The notes under the pieces: generated by a model
What the model saw: only the letters and a program-made list of their open reading frames with translations
What the model was told of the DNA's origin: nothing
Database searches by the model: none
Part shown: positions 1-11,552 of the stretch, piece by piece
How positions within the stretch are numbered: position 1 is the stretch's first letter
Layout of the letters: every line of letters starts with the position of its first letter
Translations under genes and position numbers: made by a program
From: Lama glama
Lineage: Eukaryota
Direction of reading: 5' to 3'
Length of the DNA: 64,000 bases
Assembly (NCBI GenBank): GCA_028534125.1
Contig: CM052817.1
Coordinates: 103,046,001-103,110,000 of the forward strand

Positions 1-134
1 TCCTTACTCAGTCTGCCAATTTAAATGTTAGTTTTATCCAAAACACCTTCATGGAAACCCGTGGAATAATGTTTGATCAAATATCTAGGCACCCGCAAGG
101 TGGCCCGCAAGGTGACACAAAATTAACCATCACA
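1..134 (-). mobile_element. MLT2-type ERVL LTR (5' part of the 3' LTR; continues off the window edge)
   Basis: Reverse complement starts TGTGATGGTTAATTTTGTGTCACCTTG...GGGTGCCTAGATATTTGATCAAACATTATTCC, matching the recalled MLT2 start. It is flanked by the ERVL internal 3' end (rc GCCAAGTTGACAAAAG). Confidence 0.85.
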
Positions 135-164
135 AGTGGACTTTTGTCAACTTGGCCAACACTT

Positions 165-880
165 TTTTACCCCCCCCCCAGAACAGCTAGAGCTCTAATG
201 GATACTTAATAAACATTTCTCAGCTGAAGATAGTCTTCTGTCTTTTTCCAAGGGATTCAAGCTGGCAGCATCTGCCACCCCACTGGACACTAAGAGACAG
301 AGGTGAGCAGGGTAAAGAGGGGTGTAGTTCCTTGACTGTCTGTCCCTCCAGACAGGGCAGGGGTCAGAAGGCTGTTGAATGGTGATAATGGGCCATCCGT
401 GCTGGGCAGGGCTGGCAGTGCTAGGCACTGGTGGGTCTAGGGCACTGGGCACTGTCCTCCACCACTTGAAGGCAAAGTGGAGCACCCAGCAGATGTTGGC
501 ACAGGAGCAGAAGTCTCCAATCTCAGTCAGGGAGCAGCAAAATCATTAACAAAGGTGCATGGGAAGCCCAGGGGTGGATCTTTCCTTCCAAGCAGCAGAC
601 ACCCTTGATCTGGGGCCCAAAAGACCCAGGACACCCAGGTTTTTGCCTATCACAGGCACTTGCAGCAGGTCAGGGCAGCAGAGTCTCCAGCTGCTGGCTG
701 GAGGGGAGCCGGCACTGGAGCTGGGAGACGTCAGTGGCGGCCCTCTCCACCAAGCGCAGCTGCTCCTCGCAATGTCACGGCCAGGTCCGCGCACTTCTCC
801 GTACAGTCAGTCTATGTCCTCATGTTTTCATCAGCCAGACTTGATTGACGGTATTGGCCTCCTTCCCATTAGAAAGGAGC
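165..880 (-). pseudogene. GC-rich host-mRNA-like fragment (coding C-terminus plus 3' UTR) inside the ERVL; parent gene not identified
   Basis: Minus frame reads LLSNGKEANTVNQVWLMK...HCEEQLRLVERAATDVSQLQCRLPSSQQLETLLP* (stop ~670) with GC3-rich codons, followed by ~500 nt of UTR-like sequence. It does not resemble the AT-rich ERVL 3' region. Confidence 0.5.
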
Positions 881-2674
881 TTTATTCATGATAAAATAAG
901 GAGAAGACACTCATGACAATGGCAGTCGATTCTGTGGCTGCTCACATGGTCGTAGCCGGTATGAAGAGCTGCCGTTTTCTACCATCTATTCTGTATACCC
1001 TGTGCTTTTGACAAGCCGCTCAGTGGGTCATATTTATTTACCCGATGGGGCAACTCAAACCTTCATTCCTGAAGAGTCTGAGCCATCAGCAGTCTTGCCT
1101 GGTTTGGGTCGCAGTTTTCCATTAACGTTCAAGTTAACCACAGGGCACGGTAACATTAAGAGATGCCCTAGGGGACCTCTTGTGTTCCAGACATGCTCTT
1201 CCTCACCTCCACGGGGAGGAGCCCCCCAGTTTCCCCTTGGTGGTCAGGATCAGTCACCTCAGCCAGCGCCGTGATGGCCTTTTTCAACTGTAAATCCAGA
1301 GGCCCGAGGAGCCCCAAATAGCCAAGTGGCAGTCTCAACTTTCAGTTCAATGAAATCATCATTACGTCTCCTGGTGGAAGTATTTCTCCCTCTGGAACGA
1401 AGACTTTTAGGCCAGCAGAGCATAAGGTCATGGGAACAGGAAGCACAAATTTTGCTAGTGGGTCACTAGAGGTAATAGTGAGTGGTCACTCCCGTCCCCA
1501 CCCCTCGTTTCCTGAATCCATGACTTCTGGCTGTGGGAGAAATAGCACCACACGTCAGACGATGATTCAGAAAGAATACACTCTTCTGGAAAACGTTGTC
1601 CCAGGCCTGCAAGATGTTGCCATCAAGCTGGCAGTGTGGCCGAGTCTTCCAGAGGCCATTCCCCTGTTTCATCAAGCCAGCTGCTTTGAAGACGGTGGGA
1701 AACGTGGTGAGACCAGGGAATCTCGTCAGCTTAGGCCCCCTACACTTGCTGTGAAGTGAGTTTCTTGGTCAGAAACAGCGCTATGTTGGGTGATGGATGG
1801 GGTGGTTGGGGAAGGAGGCTGACTGGTATGTACAGAATGGGTCATCCCATCCTCTTGATTATTAAAATCCTACCCCACTGAGGTCAACCTTTGGTGAGAG
1901 TTCACATGAGGCACAAATATCTTCACATTTTTTGCCCACATATAGGTTTATCTATGTACTTCTTCCTAAATTTCCTTCACTAATTTTCTAATTATGCTCC
2001 TTCTAAGTCTCTGACCTTCCAAATAAATCATTAGCTATAACCCATAAATTGGTGTATATAATCACATGTCTAACCATTTCTTCTTCCAAGTAAAACGAGC
2101 AGCCAGGTGCTCTGCTCGAAGTTCCCAGTGGGAAGACTGCCCTCCACCACCGTCCTTCAGGGACATCCCAGGAAGGGGCGGTGGGGCAGCAGCTGTCCGC
2201 TTTCCGGCGGTGCCTGCAACTCATGCAGCTCCTTCTGTAAACCAGACCCCGGTCTTCTCCTCCTCCGTCCCCTGATCATAAGGAGCGCCCTCTGGCGTCA
2301 CACGTGAGGATAGGGGAGGGAAGACAGAGTAGCAGGAGGGGGACCATGGGCGTTTGGGCCATTTCTTTATGTAACTTGCTTATGTCTTCAGGGTCTGCTC
2401 AGTCCCAATCACGTATAAACCACTTCCATTGGATGACGGAGCACTAATGTGCACACCCGACTTTCTGGCTTGGTGGGTCCGATAACACCTAATTCATGAT
2501 GGGAAGTTCAGGTCGCATGGCAAGCTTAGTGTTCAGTTGCTGCTAAGGCCCAATGGCAATCCAAGAGTTGTTTCTCAAAAGGAGAGTAATTATCTGTGAA
2601 GATGTCAGGGTTTGTTCCAATGCCTAAGAGCCCATGCTGCAGTTCACCTAGAAGGGCCCCAAACAGCATCCTCA
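880..2674 (-). mobile_element. ERVL internal region: degenerate pol (RT connection/RNase H, integrase) and dUTPase, with stops, frameshifts and deletions
   Basis: Minus-strand translations give ERVL-like motifs: DNYSPFEKQLLDCHWAL (~2545-2596), WAKNVKIFVPHVNSHQR (~1890-1940), integrase GNGLWKT...LDGNILQAWDNVFQKSVFFLNHR (ORF 1466-1675), dUTPase LPPGD...KLRLP (~1325-1385) and LAEVTDPDHQGE (~1232-1267). Confidence 0.92.
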
Positions 2675-3174
2675 NNNNNNNNNNNNNNNNNNNNNNNNNN
2701 NNNNNNNNNNNNNNNNNNNNNNNNNNNNNNNNNNNNNNNNNNNNNNNNNNNNNNNNNNNNNNNNNNNNNNNNNNNNNNNNNNNNNNNNNNNNNNNNNNNN
2801 NNNNNNNNNNNNNNNNNNNNNNNNNNNNNNNNNNNNNNNNNNNNNNNNNNNNNNNNNNNNNNNNNNNNNNNNNNNNNNNNNNNNNNNNNNNNNNNNNNNN
2901 NNNNNNNNNNNNNNNNNNNNNNNNNNNNNNNNNNNNNNNNNNNNNNNNNNNNNNNNNNNNNNNNNNNNNNNNNNNNNNNNNNNNNNNNNNNNNNNNNNNN
3001 NNNNNNNNNNNNNNNNNNNNNNNNNNNNNNNNNNNNNNNNNNNNNNNNNNNNNNNNNNNNNNNNNNNNNNNNNNNNNNNNNNNNNNNNNNNNNNNNNNNN
3101 NNNNNNNNNNNNNNNNNNNNNNNNNNNNNNNNNNNNNNNNNNNNNNNNNNNNNNNNNNNNNNNNNNNNNNNNNN
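2675..3174. other. Assembly gap (500 N)
   Basis: Run of exactly 500 N. Confidence 1.
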
Positions 3175-4810
3175 CCTAAAATTTATATGGAATCACAAAG
3201 GACCCAGAATTGCCAAAGCAATACTGAAGAAAAAGAACGAAGCTGGAGGAATAACCCCCCCAGACTTCAGATAATAATGTTGTAGTCATCAAAACAGTGT
3301 GGTATTGGCAGAAAAACAGACATATGGATCAATGGAACAGAATAAAGAGCCCAGAAATAAACCCACAGACTTATGGTCAATTAATCTTCAAAAAGGAGGA
3401 AAGAATTTACAATGGATAAAAGACAGTCTCTTCAGCAAGTGATGCTGGGAAAAATGGACAACCACGTGTAAATTACTGAAATTAGGACAGTCCCTTACAC
3501 ATACACAAAAATAAACTCAAAATGGCTTAAAGACTTAAGTATAAGACAAGACAGTATAAAATTCCTAGAAGAAAATATAGGCAAAATATTTTTGGACATA
3601 AATCTTAACAATATTCTCTCCTAGGGCAATCTACTCAGGCAATAAAAATAAAGCAAAAATAAACAAATGGGACCTAGTCAAATTTATAAGCTTTTGCACA
3701 GCAAAGGAAACCATAAGCAAAATAAAATGACAACCTATGGAATGGGAGAAAATATTTTCACGTGATGCAACTGATGAAGGTTTAATTTCCAGAATGTATA
3801 AACAGCTCAAATGACTTAATAAAACAAAAACCAAACAACCCAATCCAAAAATGGGCAGAAGAACTAAACAATTCTCCAGTGAAGACATACAAATGGCCAA
3901 TAGGCATATGAAAAAATGTTCAGTATCACTAATTATCAGAGAAATGCAAATCAAAACTACAATGAGGCATCATCTCACACCAGTCAGAATGGCCATCATT
4001 AAAAAGTCCATGAATTATAAATGCTGGAGAGGCTGTGGAGAAAATGGAACCCTCCTACACTGTTGGTGGGAATGCAGTTTGGTGCAACCATTATGGAAAA
4101 CAGTATGGAGATTCACCAAGAAACTAAGAATAGACTTACCATATGATCCAGCAATCCCACTCCTGGGCATATATCTGGAAGGAACTCTAATTTGAAAAGA
4201 CACATGCACTCAGTGTTCATAGCAGCACTATATACAATAGCTAAGACATGGAAACAGCCTAAACGTCCATCAACAGATGACTGATTAAAGAAGCTGTAGT
4301 ATATTTATACAATGGAATACTACTCAGACATTAAAAAAGAATAAAATAATGCCAGGAACATGGGTAGATCTGGAGATCCTCATTCTAAGTGAACTAAGCC
4401 AGAAAGACAAACAAAAATGCCATATGATATCACTCATACCTGGAATCTAAAAAAAAAAAATTTTTAAAGTAAGATGAAAAGAAAAAAGAAGACACTAATG
4501 AACTTACTTACAAAACAGAAACAGACTCATAGACATAGTAAACAAACTTGTGGTTGCTGGAGGGAGGGGAGTTTGGAAGGGATAAGTTGGGAGTTTGAGA
4601 TGTGCAAATACTGACTACTGTATACAAAATAGATAAAGAACAAGTTTCTTCTGTGTAGTACAGGGAAGCATATTCAATATCTTCTAATAATCTATAAAGA
4701 AAAAGAATATGAAAACAAATATATGTATGTATATGTATTGCTAAGGCATTGTGCTGTATGCCAGAAATTGTTACATTGTAACTGAGTATATTCCAATTTT
4801 TTTTAAAAAT
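3175..4810 (+). mobile_element. L1 3' fragment (ORF2 C-terminus and 3' UTR), lineage-specific
   Basis: [27 protein letters not shown] and [37 protein letters not shown]...[18 protein letters not shown]...[12 protein letters not shown]. The 3' UTR ends GTGCTGTATGCCAGAAATTGTTACATTGTAACTGAG. Confidence 0.97.
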
Positions 4811-4949
4811 CCTATAACCTACCCATTCATTCACAGCACAGAATCCTAGATTTTATTCTTCTCTAACTTCCAAAAGATGTTGCCTTGCATTTATCCATCT
4901 CCAATAGCTCTGTTTTTTATGCCATTTTTGTGGATCCTCTAAGTACTGT

Positions 4950-5825
4950 GCTCTTTCTCTCTTCTGTTGCTAGATTCTTTGAATAAATGGCTTAACTTTT
5001 CGTTGGAAATTTCCACTGGCGTATGTTGCCACCAGCTCTCCCCAAGCATATACAACACTGATGCTCATTATCATCTGATTGTTCTCTAGCTGCCTTCTCT
5101 GTCAGCGGTACCCACACAGAGTTGTCCCAATTAACACGACTCTAGATGTCACAATGGTCTTTGGGTCAGCCCTCTCCTCCTTCTTCTAGGTCCAGTTTAC
5201 CAAGCCTTCCATTCTTTCCCTGAATAGTTTCAGATTCATTACTTCATCTCTCTTCCCCCAAAACATCCCAGTGCTCACCTTCATCTTCTAACATCTAGAA
5301 ACTATTGCACAAGAGCTCTCTAGAGAAGCCTCCTAGATTTTAGTCCACCTCACTTATTTAAATGTTACCTTCATTAAGCACCATTCCTGACTTCAATTTT
5401 GGTTCCTACCCTTATTTTTCCTTTTCTTTCTCTGCAGCCTTAGTCTGCCTCTTTGAATTCATTTCCTCCACACTCCCAGCATCCTATTCCACTCACTTAC
5501 CCTGGCATAATCCTAGCTCAGGACGCGTGCAGTTACTCTTCCCTCTGCCCCAAACACGCTGTCCCTTAATCTCCCCACAGCCTGCTCTTACCCCTTTCAG
5601 ATTTATGCTCACCTTTCAAAGAGGACTCTGTCTTGTCCTCCATCACTCTGTCTCCTGACATTGTACTTACTGATTGACTATGATGCATTTATGTATTTAC
5701 CATTTCTGCATCCACTCTCTAGAATATAAATGTTATGAAAATTTCTTTCTTTTGTATCTTCCTTTTCTGAATTATCTCTAGAAACCACAATAGAATAGGA
5801 GCTCAATAAATATTTATTGAATAAC
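4950..5825 (+). mobile_element. L2 relic
   Basis: Pyrimidine-rich body ending TAGGAGCTCAATAAATATTTATTGAATAA, resembling the L2 3' terminus. Confidence 0.65.
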
Positions 5826-6344
5826 TTATGTCTAATTTTTGTTATTTTGCATCTTATATATAACAATTTTAATATTCTCATGTTCTCTATTTTTCTTGGA
5901 CCACCATTTCCACCATCATTGCAGTATAAATGTAAGTCACTGCTGAAACGTTTTTACAAAGTCCAGAAAAATCAATGCATGGGAGGCAGGCAGGAATTCC
6001 TGAGCTTTTTTTCTGCTGTTTTCCCTTTTTTCACCTCATTGCTGGGGTGGAGCTCCCTCTGACTACCTCTGTCTGTCGGAGAAGCCATGACCCTCACCCA
6101 TTCTCAAACGTTCAAATCAGCTTTTCTGTAAAAAGATGGACTAGCCTCTCTGATTTCCTTTGCATAAACAAAGGGAACTTTAATAGAGTCCCACTCTCCG
6201 CAGATATGCTGATGAATCTTACTACCCTCCCTGTATATTGTTAAAATATAGAGACATTTTCTCTCCCTGTTATAATGTGATTGAAAACTAGTAACTCATA
6301 CTAGTAATTGACATGAGTAATTTATTAATTTCCCAACACACACT

Positions 6345-6500
6345 CAGTCCTCACAACAACTCGGTGAAGTAGGTACCGTTATTAAATTCCCATTAACAGA
6401 TAAAGAACATTAGGCTTAGAAATTTAACTAACTTGTCACATAAAATAAATCTGTGAAAGAGTCAGGTTTGTCTGACTACCAAGCTTACCACCCTAGCCCA
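6345..6500 (-). mobile_element. MIR SINE
   Basis: TCCTCACAACAACTCGGTGAAGTAGGTAC...CCCATTAACAGATAAAGAACATTAGGCTTAGAAA matches the antisense MIR core. Confidence 0.75.
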
Positions 6501-7814
6501 CTTCTACCATAATACTGAATCTCTTGGATCAAGTGGTGGATATGAACTTGAATTAATGAATCAATGAATGAATAATTGAAGCTATTTCCCATATTATGAA
6601 TGGAATTTAATAATAAGCTTGCAAGTTAAATCAATGGAGGAGATGATTTTCACCCAAGGAAAGCACACTGTGAATAGTGCCCATTAAGCAGAAAGAGCCT
6701 GTGTGAACTTTGCCAAAGATTTGGCAGAGAATGCTTCTGAACTGCATAGGAAGCCTAAACTCATAATATCTAAAGTCCCTTCCAGATTGAGTGATGCATT
6801 CTATGATTCCAAGAGATTCCCATAAAGTGGAAACTTTAGAGTCAAGAATGACTAGCTGTAGTCTATATAAAAAGAAATAAGAATAATCTAGCCTGGTCAT
6901 TCTTTTATGGTCTTCTGAAAAAGAATAATTTTAGGATGAACCCCGGAGACAACAATCAAGAATACCAACATTTTGAACTCTATCAGCTTTAATTCATTTT
7001 TCCCTTTAAGTTTGCACTTTTGAAGCATCAATCTTTCTCAAAAGTCAGAGAAAATAAAAATGGCAAATAACAAGCACTTTGTGTTCCTGGAAGAAACTAC
7101 CCAGCGCTAGAAATGCTGACTTCGGCATGCACTGAGAAAGCATCCAGATGTTAGCCAGCTGAAACAGTATCTCCCAGTGCATCTAAATAAAAAATTCATC
7201 TTCATTTAAAAACTGGAAATCAAAATGGAGTTCAGGATTCCCAGTAAGAATCAAGAAACTGTAAGTACTAGTGAAACTATGAACCTGCTCTTTGCCAGAG
7301 TGATCCATCCAGCTCCTAGAACACTGAGGATGAAAAAGTAAATACAATTCTAATACAATAGCTTACCTTCTGATTTCTATACATTGAGCTAATAATAGCA
7401 AAGATGCTCGTTATTTATTTGTGATGTTCAAGTACAAAATCCTGACTTGGAAGAAAGAGATCATATGCCCCAGCACTGGGAGGTGCAGGAGGGAGGAGGG
7501 GAGATGATGGAGAGGGTGTGCAGGTCATGGGGAAAGCTACATGGGGAAGGGCTCCCCACCCATCTCTCCTAAATCCCTAACGGGGAAAATGAATTAAACT
7601 GTCAAGCAAACAGAACAAAGTGCTGAGGAGCCCTGAAAACTTTAGGAATAAGCACTAGTTCTCACAGTCACAGAAAAAAAAAATTAGGTTTAATTGCATA
7701 GAAATTAGTATGAGAAAAAAATGGAATTTGAATTATAATTGAGACATAAAGCCTAGATACTTTGGTTTTTCACTAGAGCCCACTGCCATCAGATGAGCCA
7801 GGGAGGACAAGAGC

Positions 7815-8005
7815 TTTTCTCCCAAAGTGTTGCACACAAACCCCCGGCATTAGAATTATAGGGAGTTGCTAAAAAGAATAAAAATAAATGCCAATTTGTG
7901 AGCCTTGCATCAGACCAAATGAATTCCTAGATATAGGTCTCAAACAATTTGCATTTTATAATAATCTACCAATGATTCTTATTTATACTACAACTTGAAA
8001 ATTGG
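7815..8005. mobile_element. MER5-type hAT-Charlie MITE
   Basis: TTCTCCCAAAGTG...GCATTAGAATTA...TTGCATTTTATAAT...TGATTCTTAT...ACTTGAAAA follows the MER5 layout. Confidence 0.6.
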
Positions 8006-8194
8006 AGAGACTTGACTAACATTTTTAGGCAACTAATATTTTTTAGAGAAACATGAAGTGCAAGGCTGTGATTAGTTCTGAGTATAATACAAGAATGAAG
8101 AAAGAGCCAGGTTAGCTTTTAGAAAACAGAAAGCAAATTCGGGGGGGCGGGGGATGTAATATAAAGAAGAGGCTAAAAAATCCAGTTTCTCTAG

Positions 8195-8292
8195 ATCTGC
8201 AAAGATCCTCTTTCCAAATCAGGTCACATTCACAGGTTCTGGGAATTATGACATGGACATAGCTTTTCAAGGGCGACCATTTAACCCAAGCA
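8195..8292 (-). mobile_element. MLT1 (MaLR) LTR fragment
   Basis: ATCTGCAAAGATCCTCTTTCCAAATCAGGTCACATTCACAGGTTCTGGG...GGACATA is the reverse complement of the MLT1C/D start. Confidence 0.8.
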
Positions 8293-8942
8293 GAGGAGAA
8301 GGAATTTAAAAGCAGAGTAGATTTTCACCTATCTGAAATGATTTGGGCGTAGTGTTACCTGAAGGGGAGTAGATTAAATTACTGTTCAAGGCCATTCCTA
8401 ATCGTTTTAATTCTATAATTGTATAATTACATCAGAGTACGTGTTCCTAAAACCATGACTAAAAAGGAGAAAAAGAATTCTAAGCAAACCTATCATGAGT
8501 AAATTAAACACAATGTGTTTTATTTTAGAATATTTAAATTCACAAAAATGTTTTATTTTGAAGGGCAACAATATATTTTCATACTCAGTTTTGAACAATG
8601 AAAAATTTTTTAACATTTATTGATTTATTAAATGATGTGAATCTCAAAGATGAGCCAAATTATAGCCTGAATTATGCTTATTTTTTGTTGAAGGGTAAAT
8701 AGTTGGTTTACACTGTTGTGTTAGTTGCTGGTGCACAGCACAGTGATTCAATTATACATATATATTCTTTTTCATATTTTTTATTATAGACTATTACAAG
8801 ATACTGAATATAGTTCCCTGTGCTATACAGTAGGACCTTGTTGTTTATCTATTTTACATATAGTGGTGTATATCTGTTAATCACAAACTCTTAATTTATC
8901 TCTCCCTACTATTTTCTCCTTTGGTAACCATAGGTTTGTTTT

Positions 8943-9053
8943 GTTCTTAATTTTTTTTTAAATTGAAGTACAGTCAGTTACAATGTGTCAATATCTAGTG
9001 TACAGCACAATTTCCCAGTCATGTATATACATGCATATATTCATTTTCATATT
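8943..9053 (-). mobile_element. Nested ~110-bp L1 3' end
   Basis: Poly-T then ATTGAAGTACAGTCAGTTACAATGTGTCAAT...GTACAGCACAAT. TSD CCATAGGTTTGTTTT (8928-8942) / CCATAAGTTTGCTTT (9054-9068). Confidence 0.88.
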
Positions 9054-9260
9054 CCATAAGTTTGCTTTTTATGTCTGTGAGTCTCTGTTTTGTAAATAAG
9101 TTCATTTGTATCATTTTTTAGATTCCACATATAAATATCATATATTTGTCTTTCTCTGTCTGACTTATTTCACTTAATATGCTAATCTCTATGTTGCTGC
9201 AAATGACATTATTTCATTCTTTTTTGTGACTGAGTAGTATTCCATTCCATAGTATTCCAT

Positions 9261-9290
9261 ATAATGGAATATATATATATATATATAATG

Positions 9291-9338
<48 letters not shown>

Positions 9339-9340
9339 CA
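9261..9340. repeat. Compound (TA)n(CA)n microsatellite with duplicated ATAATGGAAT unit
   Basis: Read directly. Confidence 0.95.
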
Positions 9341-10394
9341 CATCTTCTTTATCCAGTCATCTGTTGATGGACATTTAGGTTGCATGTATCTTTTTCAAAA
9401 AGAATTTTCTCTGGATATACTTTCAGGAGTAGGATTGCTGGATTATATGGTAACTCTATTTTTAGTTTTTTAAGAAATTGCCATATTGTTTTTCATAGTG
9501 GCTGCACCAAATTACATTCCCACCAATAGTGTAGGAAGATTCCCTTTTCTGCACATCCTCTTCAGCATTTATTGTTTGTGAACTTTTTAATGCCGACCAT
9601 TCTGAACTGTGTGAGGTGACACCTTGTTGTAGTTTTGATTTGCATTTCTCTGATAATTAGTGAGACTGAGCATCTTTTCATATGTCTATTGGCCATTTGT
9701 ATGTCTTCTTTGGAGAAATGTCTATTTAGGTCTTCCCATTTTTTGATTGGATTGTTTGATTTTTGGTATGGAGTTGTATGAGTGTAGCCTAAATTTATAT
9801 TTATTTAACAACAATCTTCTCAAATCATTTGTGTTATGCAGATCTGATTTAGACAGTTAGAAAATTTTAAATATATATGTGCTAAAACAAACTCTTATGG
9901 TGTGTGTTTTATCCTTTCTGTGTCCATGTCAATTCTTTCTCTTACTCCCCAACTCAAAGTTTAAAGAATTACATTTTCTAAAAGACTTTATTCTAGTGAA
10001 GGTTTAGGAAGAAGAAAAAGAATTGTGGTGAAATATATCAACTCTCACCAGAATTGTCTTTGAAACTTGAAGTAATTTAGGTGTTCAAGGGTTCATATTT
10101 TTTTTCATTTTTCAGTTTAGATAGAATTGTTAAAATTTGGCTGCACATATACAATATATTGCATGTAAATACATATATACAATATACTGCACATTTACTT
10201 TTAGTTTACATACATGTACTGATCATTGTTTCTAAGAAAAGTGTAGAACTTTAGCTTTTTAAACTTACATATTTGTCAAAGGAATAAAGCCAACCACCAA
10301 ATAAGAATCAACAGAATGTGGTAATCCAGTCATAAAAGACAGTCAAATGTGCGTACACATATTCAAGAAATCAATCATCTAAGTTATAAATAAT

Positions 10395-11552
10395 AGTTCA
10401 TCTGTGTCCTTTTTTTTAGATTCCACATATAAGTGATATCATATGGCACTTTTCTTTCTCCTTCCGACCCACTTCACTTAGAATGATGATCTCCAGGTCC
10501 ATCCATGTTGCTGCAGATGGCATTATTTTATTCTTTTTTATGGCTCAGTAGTATTCTATTGTGTGTATATGTATATATCACATCTTCTTTATCCAGTCAT
10601 CTGTTGATAGACATTTGTGTTGTTTCCATGTCTTGGCTATTGTAAATAGTGCTGCTGTGAACATCGGGGTGAATGTGTCTTTTTAAATTATATTTTTCTC
10701 TAGGTATATGCTCAGGAGTGAGATTGCTGGATCACATAGTAAGTCTATTTTTAGTTTTTTAAGGAATCTCCATACTGTCCTCCATAATGGCTGTACCAAT
10801 CTATACTCCCACCAAAGTGTAGGGAGGTTCCCTTTTCTCCACAGCCTCTCCAACATGTATCCTTTGTAGACTTTTTAAGAATGGCCATTCTGGCTGGTGT
10901 GAGGTGATATCTCATTGTAGTTTTGATCTGCATTTCTCTGACAATTAGTGATGCTGAGAATTTTTTCACGTGCCTATTGGCCATTTGTATGTCTTCATTG
11001 CAGAATTGCTTGTTTAGGTCTTCTGCCCATTTTTGAATTGGGTTTTTCTTTTTTTATATTTTGTATATTTTGGAAATTAGTCCCTTGTCAGTCTCATCAT
11101 TTGCAAATATTTTCTCCCATTCTGTAGGTTGTCTTTTGGTTTTGTTGATGGTATCCTTAGCTGTGCAAAAGCTTTTATGCTTAATTAGATCCCATTGGTT
11201 TATTTTTGCTTTTATTTTCATTACATCAGGAGCTGGTTCAAAAAATATATTGCTGTGATTTATGTCTGAGAGTGTTTTGCCTATGTTTTCCTCTAGGAGT
11301 TTTATAGTATCTGGTCTTACATTCAAGTCTTTAATCCATTTTGAGTTTATTTTTGTATATTGTGTTAGAGAATGTTCTAATTTCATTCTTTCACAGGTAG
11401 CTGTCTAGTTTTCCCAGCACCACTTATTGAAGAGACTGTCTTTTCTCCATTGTATATTCTTTTCTCCTTTTTCATAGATTAATTGACCATAAGTGCATGG
11501 TTTATTTCTGGACCTTCTATCCTGTTCCACTGATCTGTATCTGTTTTTGTGT
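10395..11552 (-). mobile_element. L1 ORF2 3' fragment
   Basis: Minus ORFs [36 protein letters not shown]... and [34 protein letters not shown]. Confidence 0.97.

Larger units (their letters stand above)
8681..9784 (-). mobile_element. 5'-truncated L1 containing a nested younger L1 tail
   Basis: Antisense L1 3' UTR and ORF2 end. Candidate TSD TAGCCTGAATTAT (8663) / TAGCCTAAATTTAT (9785). Confidence 0.92.

Noticed and set aside
559..891. 110-aa + strand ORF
   Set aside because: Antisense shadow of the minus-strand coding-like segment; no recognisable protein.
2596..3285. Long ORFs of 220-229 aa
   Set aside because: They are open only because they cross the 500-N gap.
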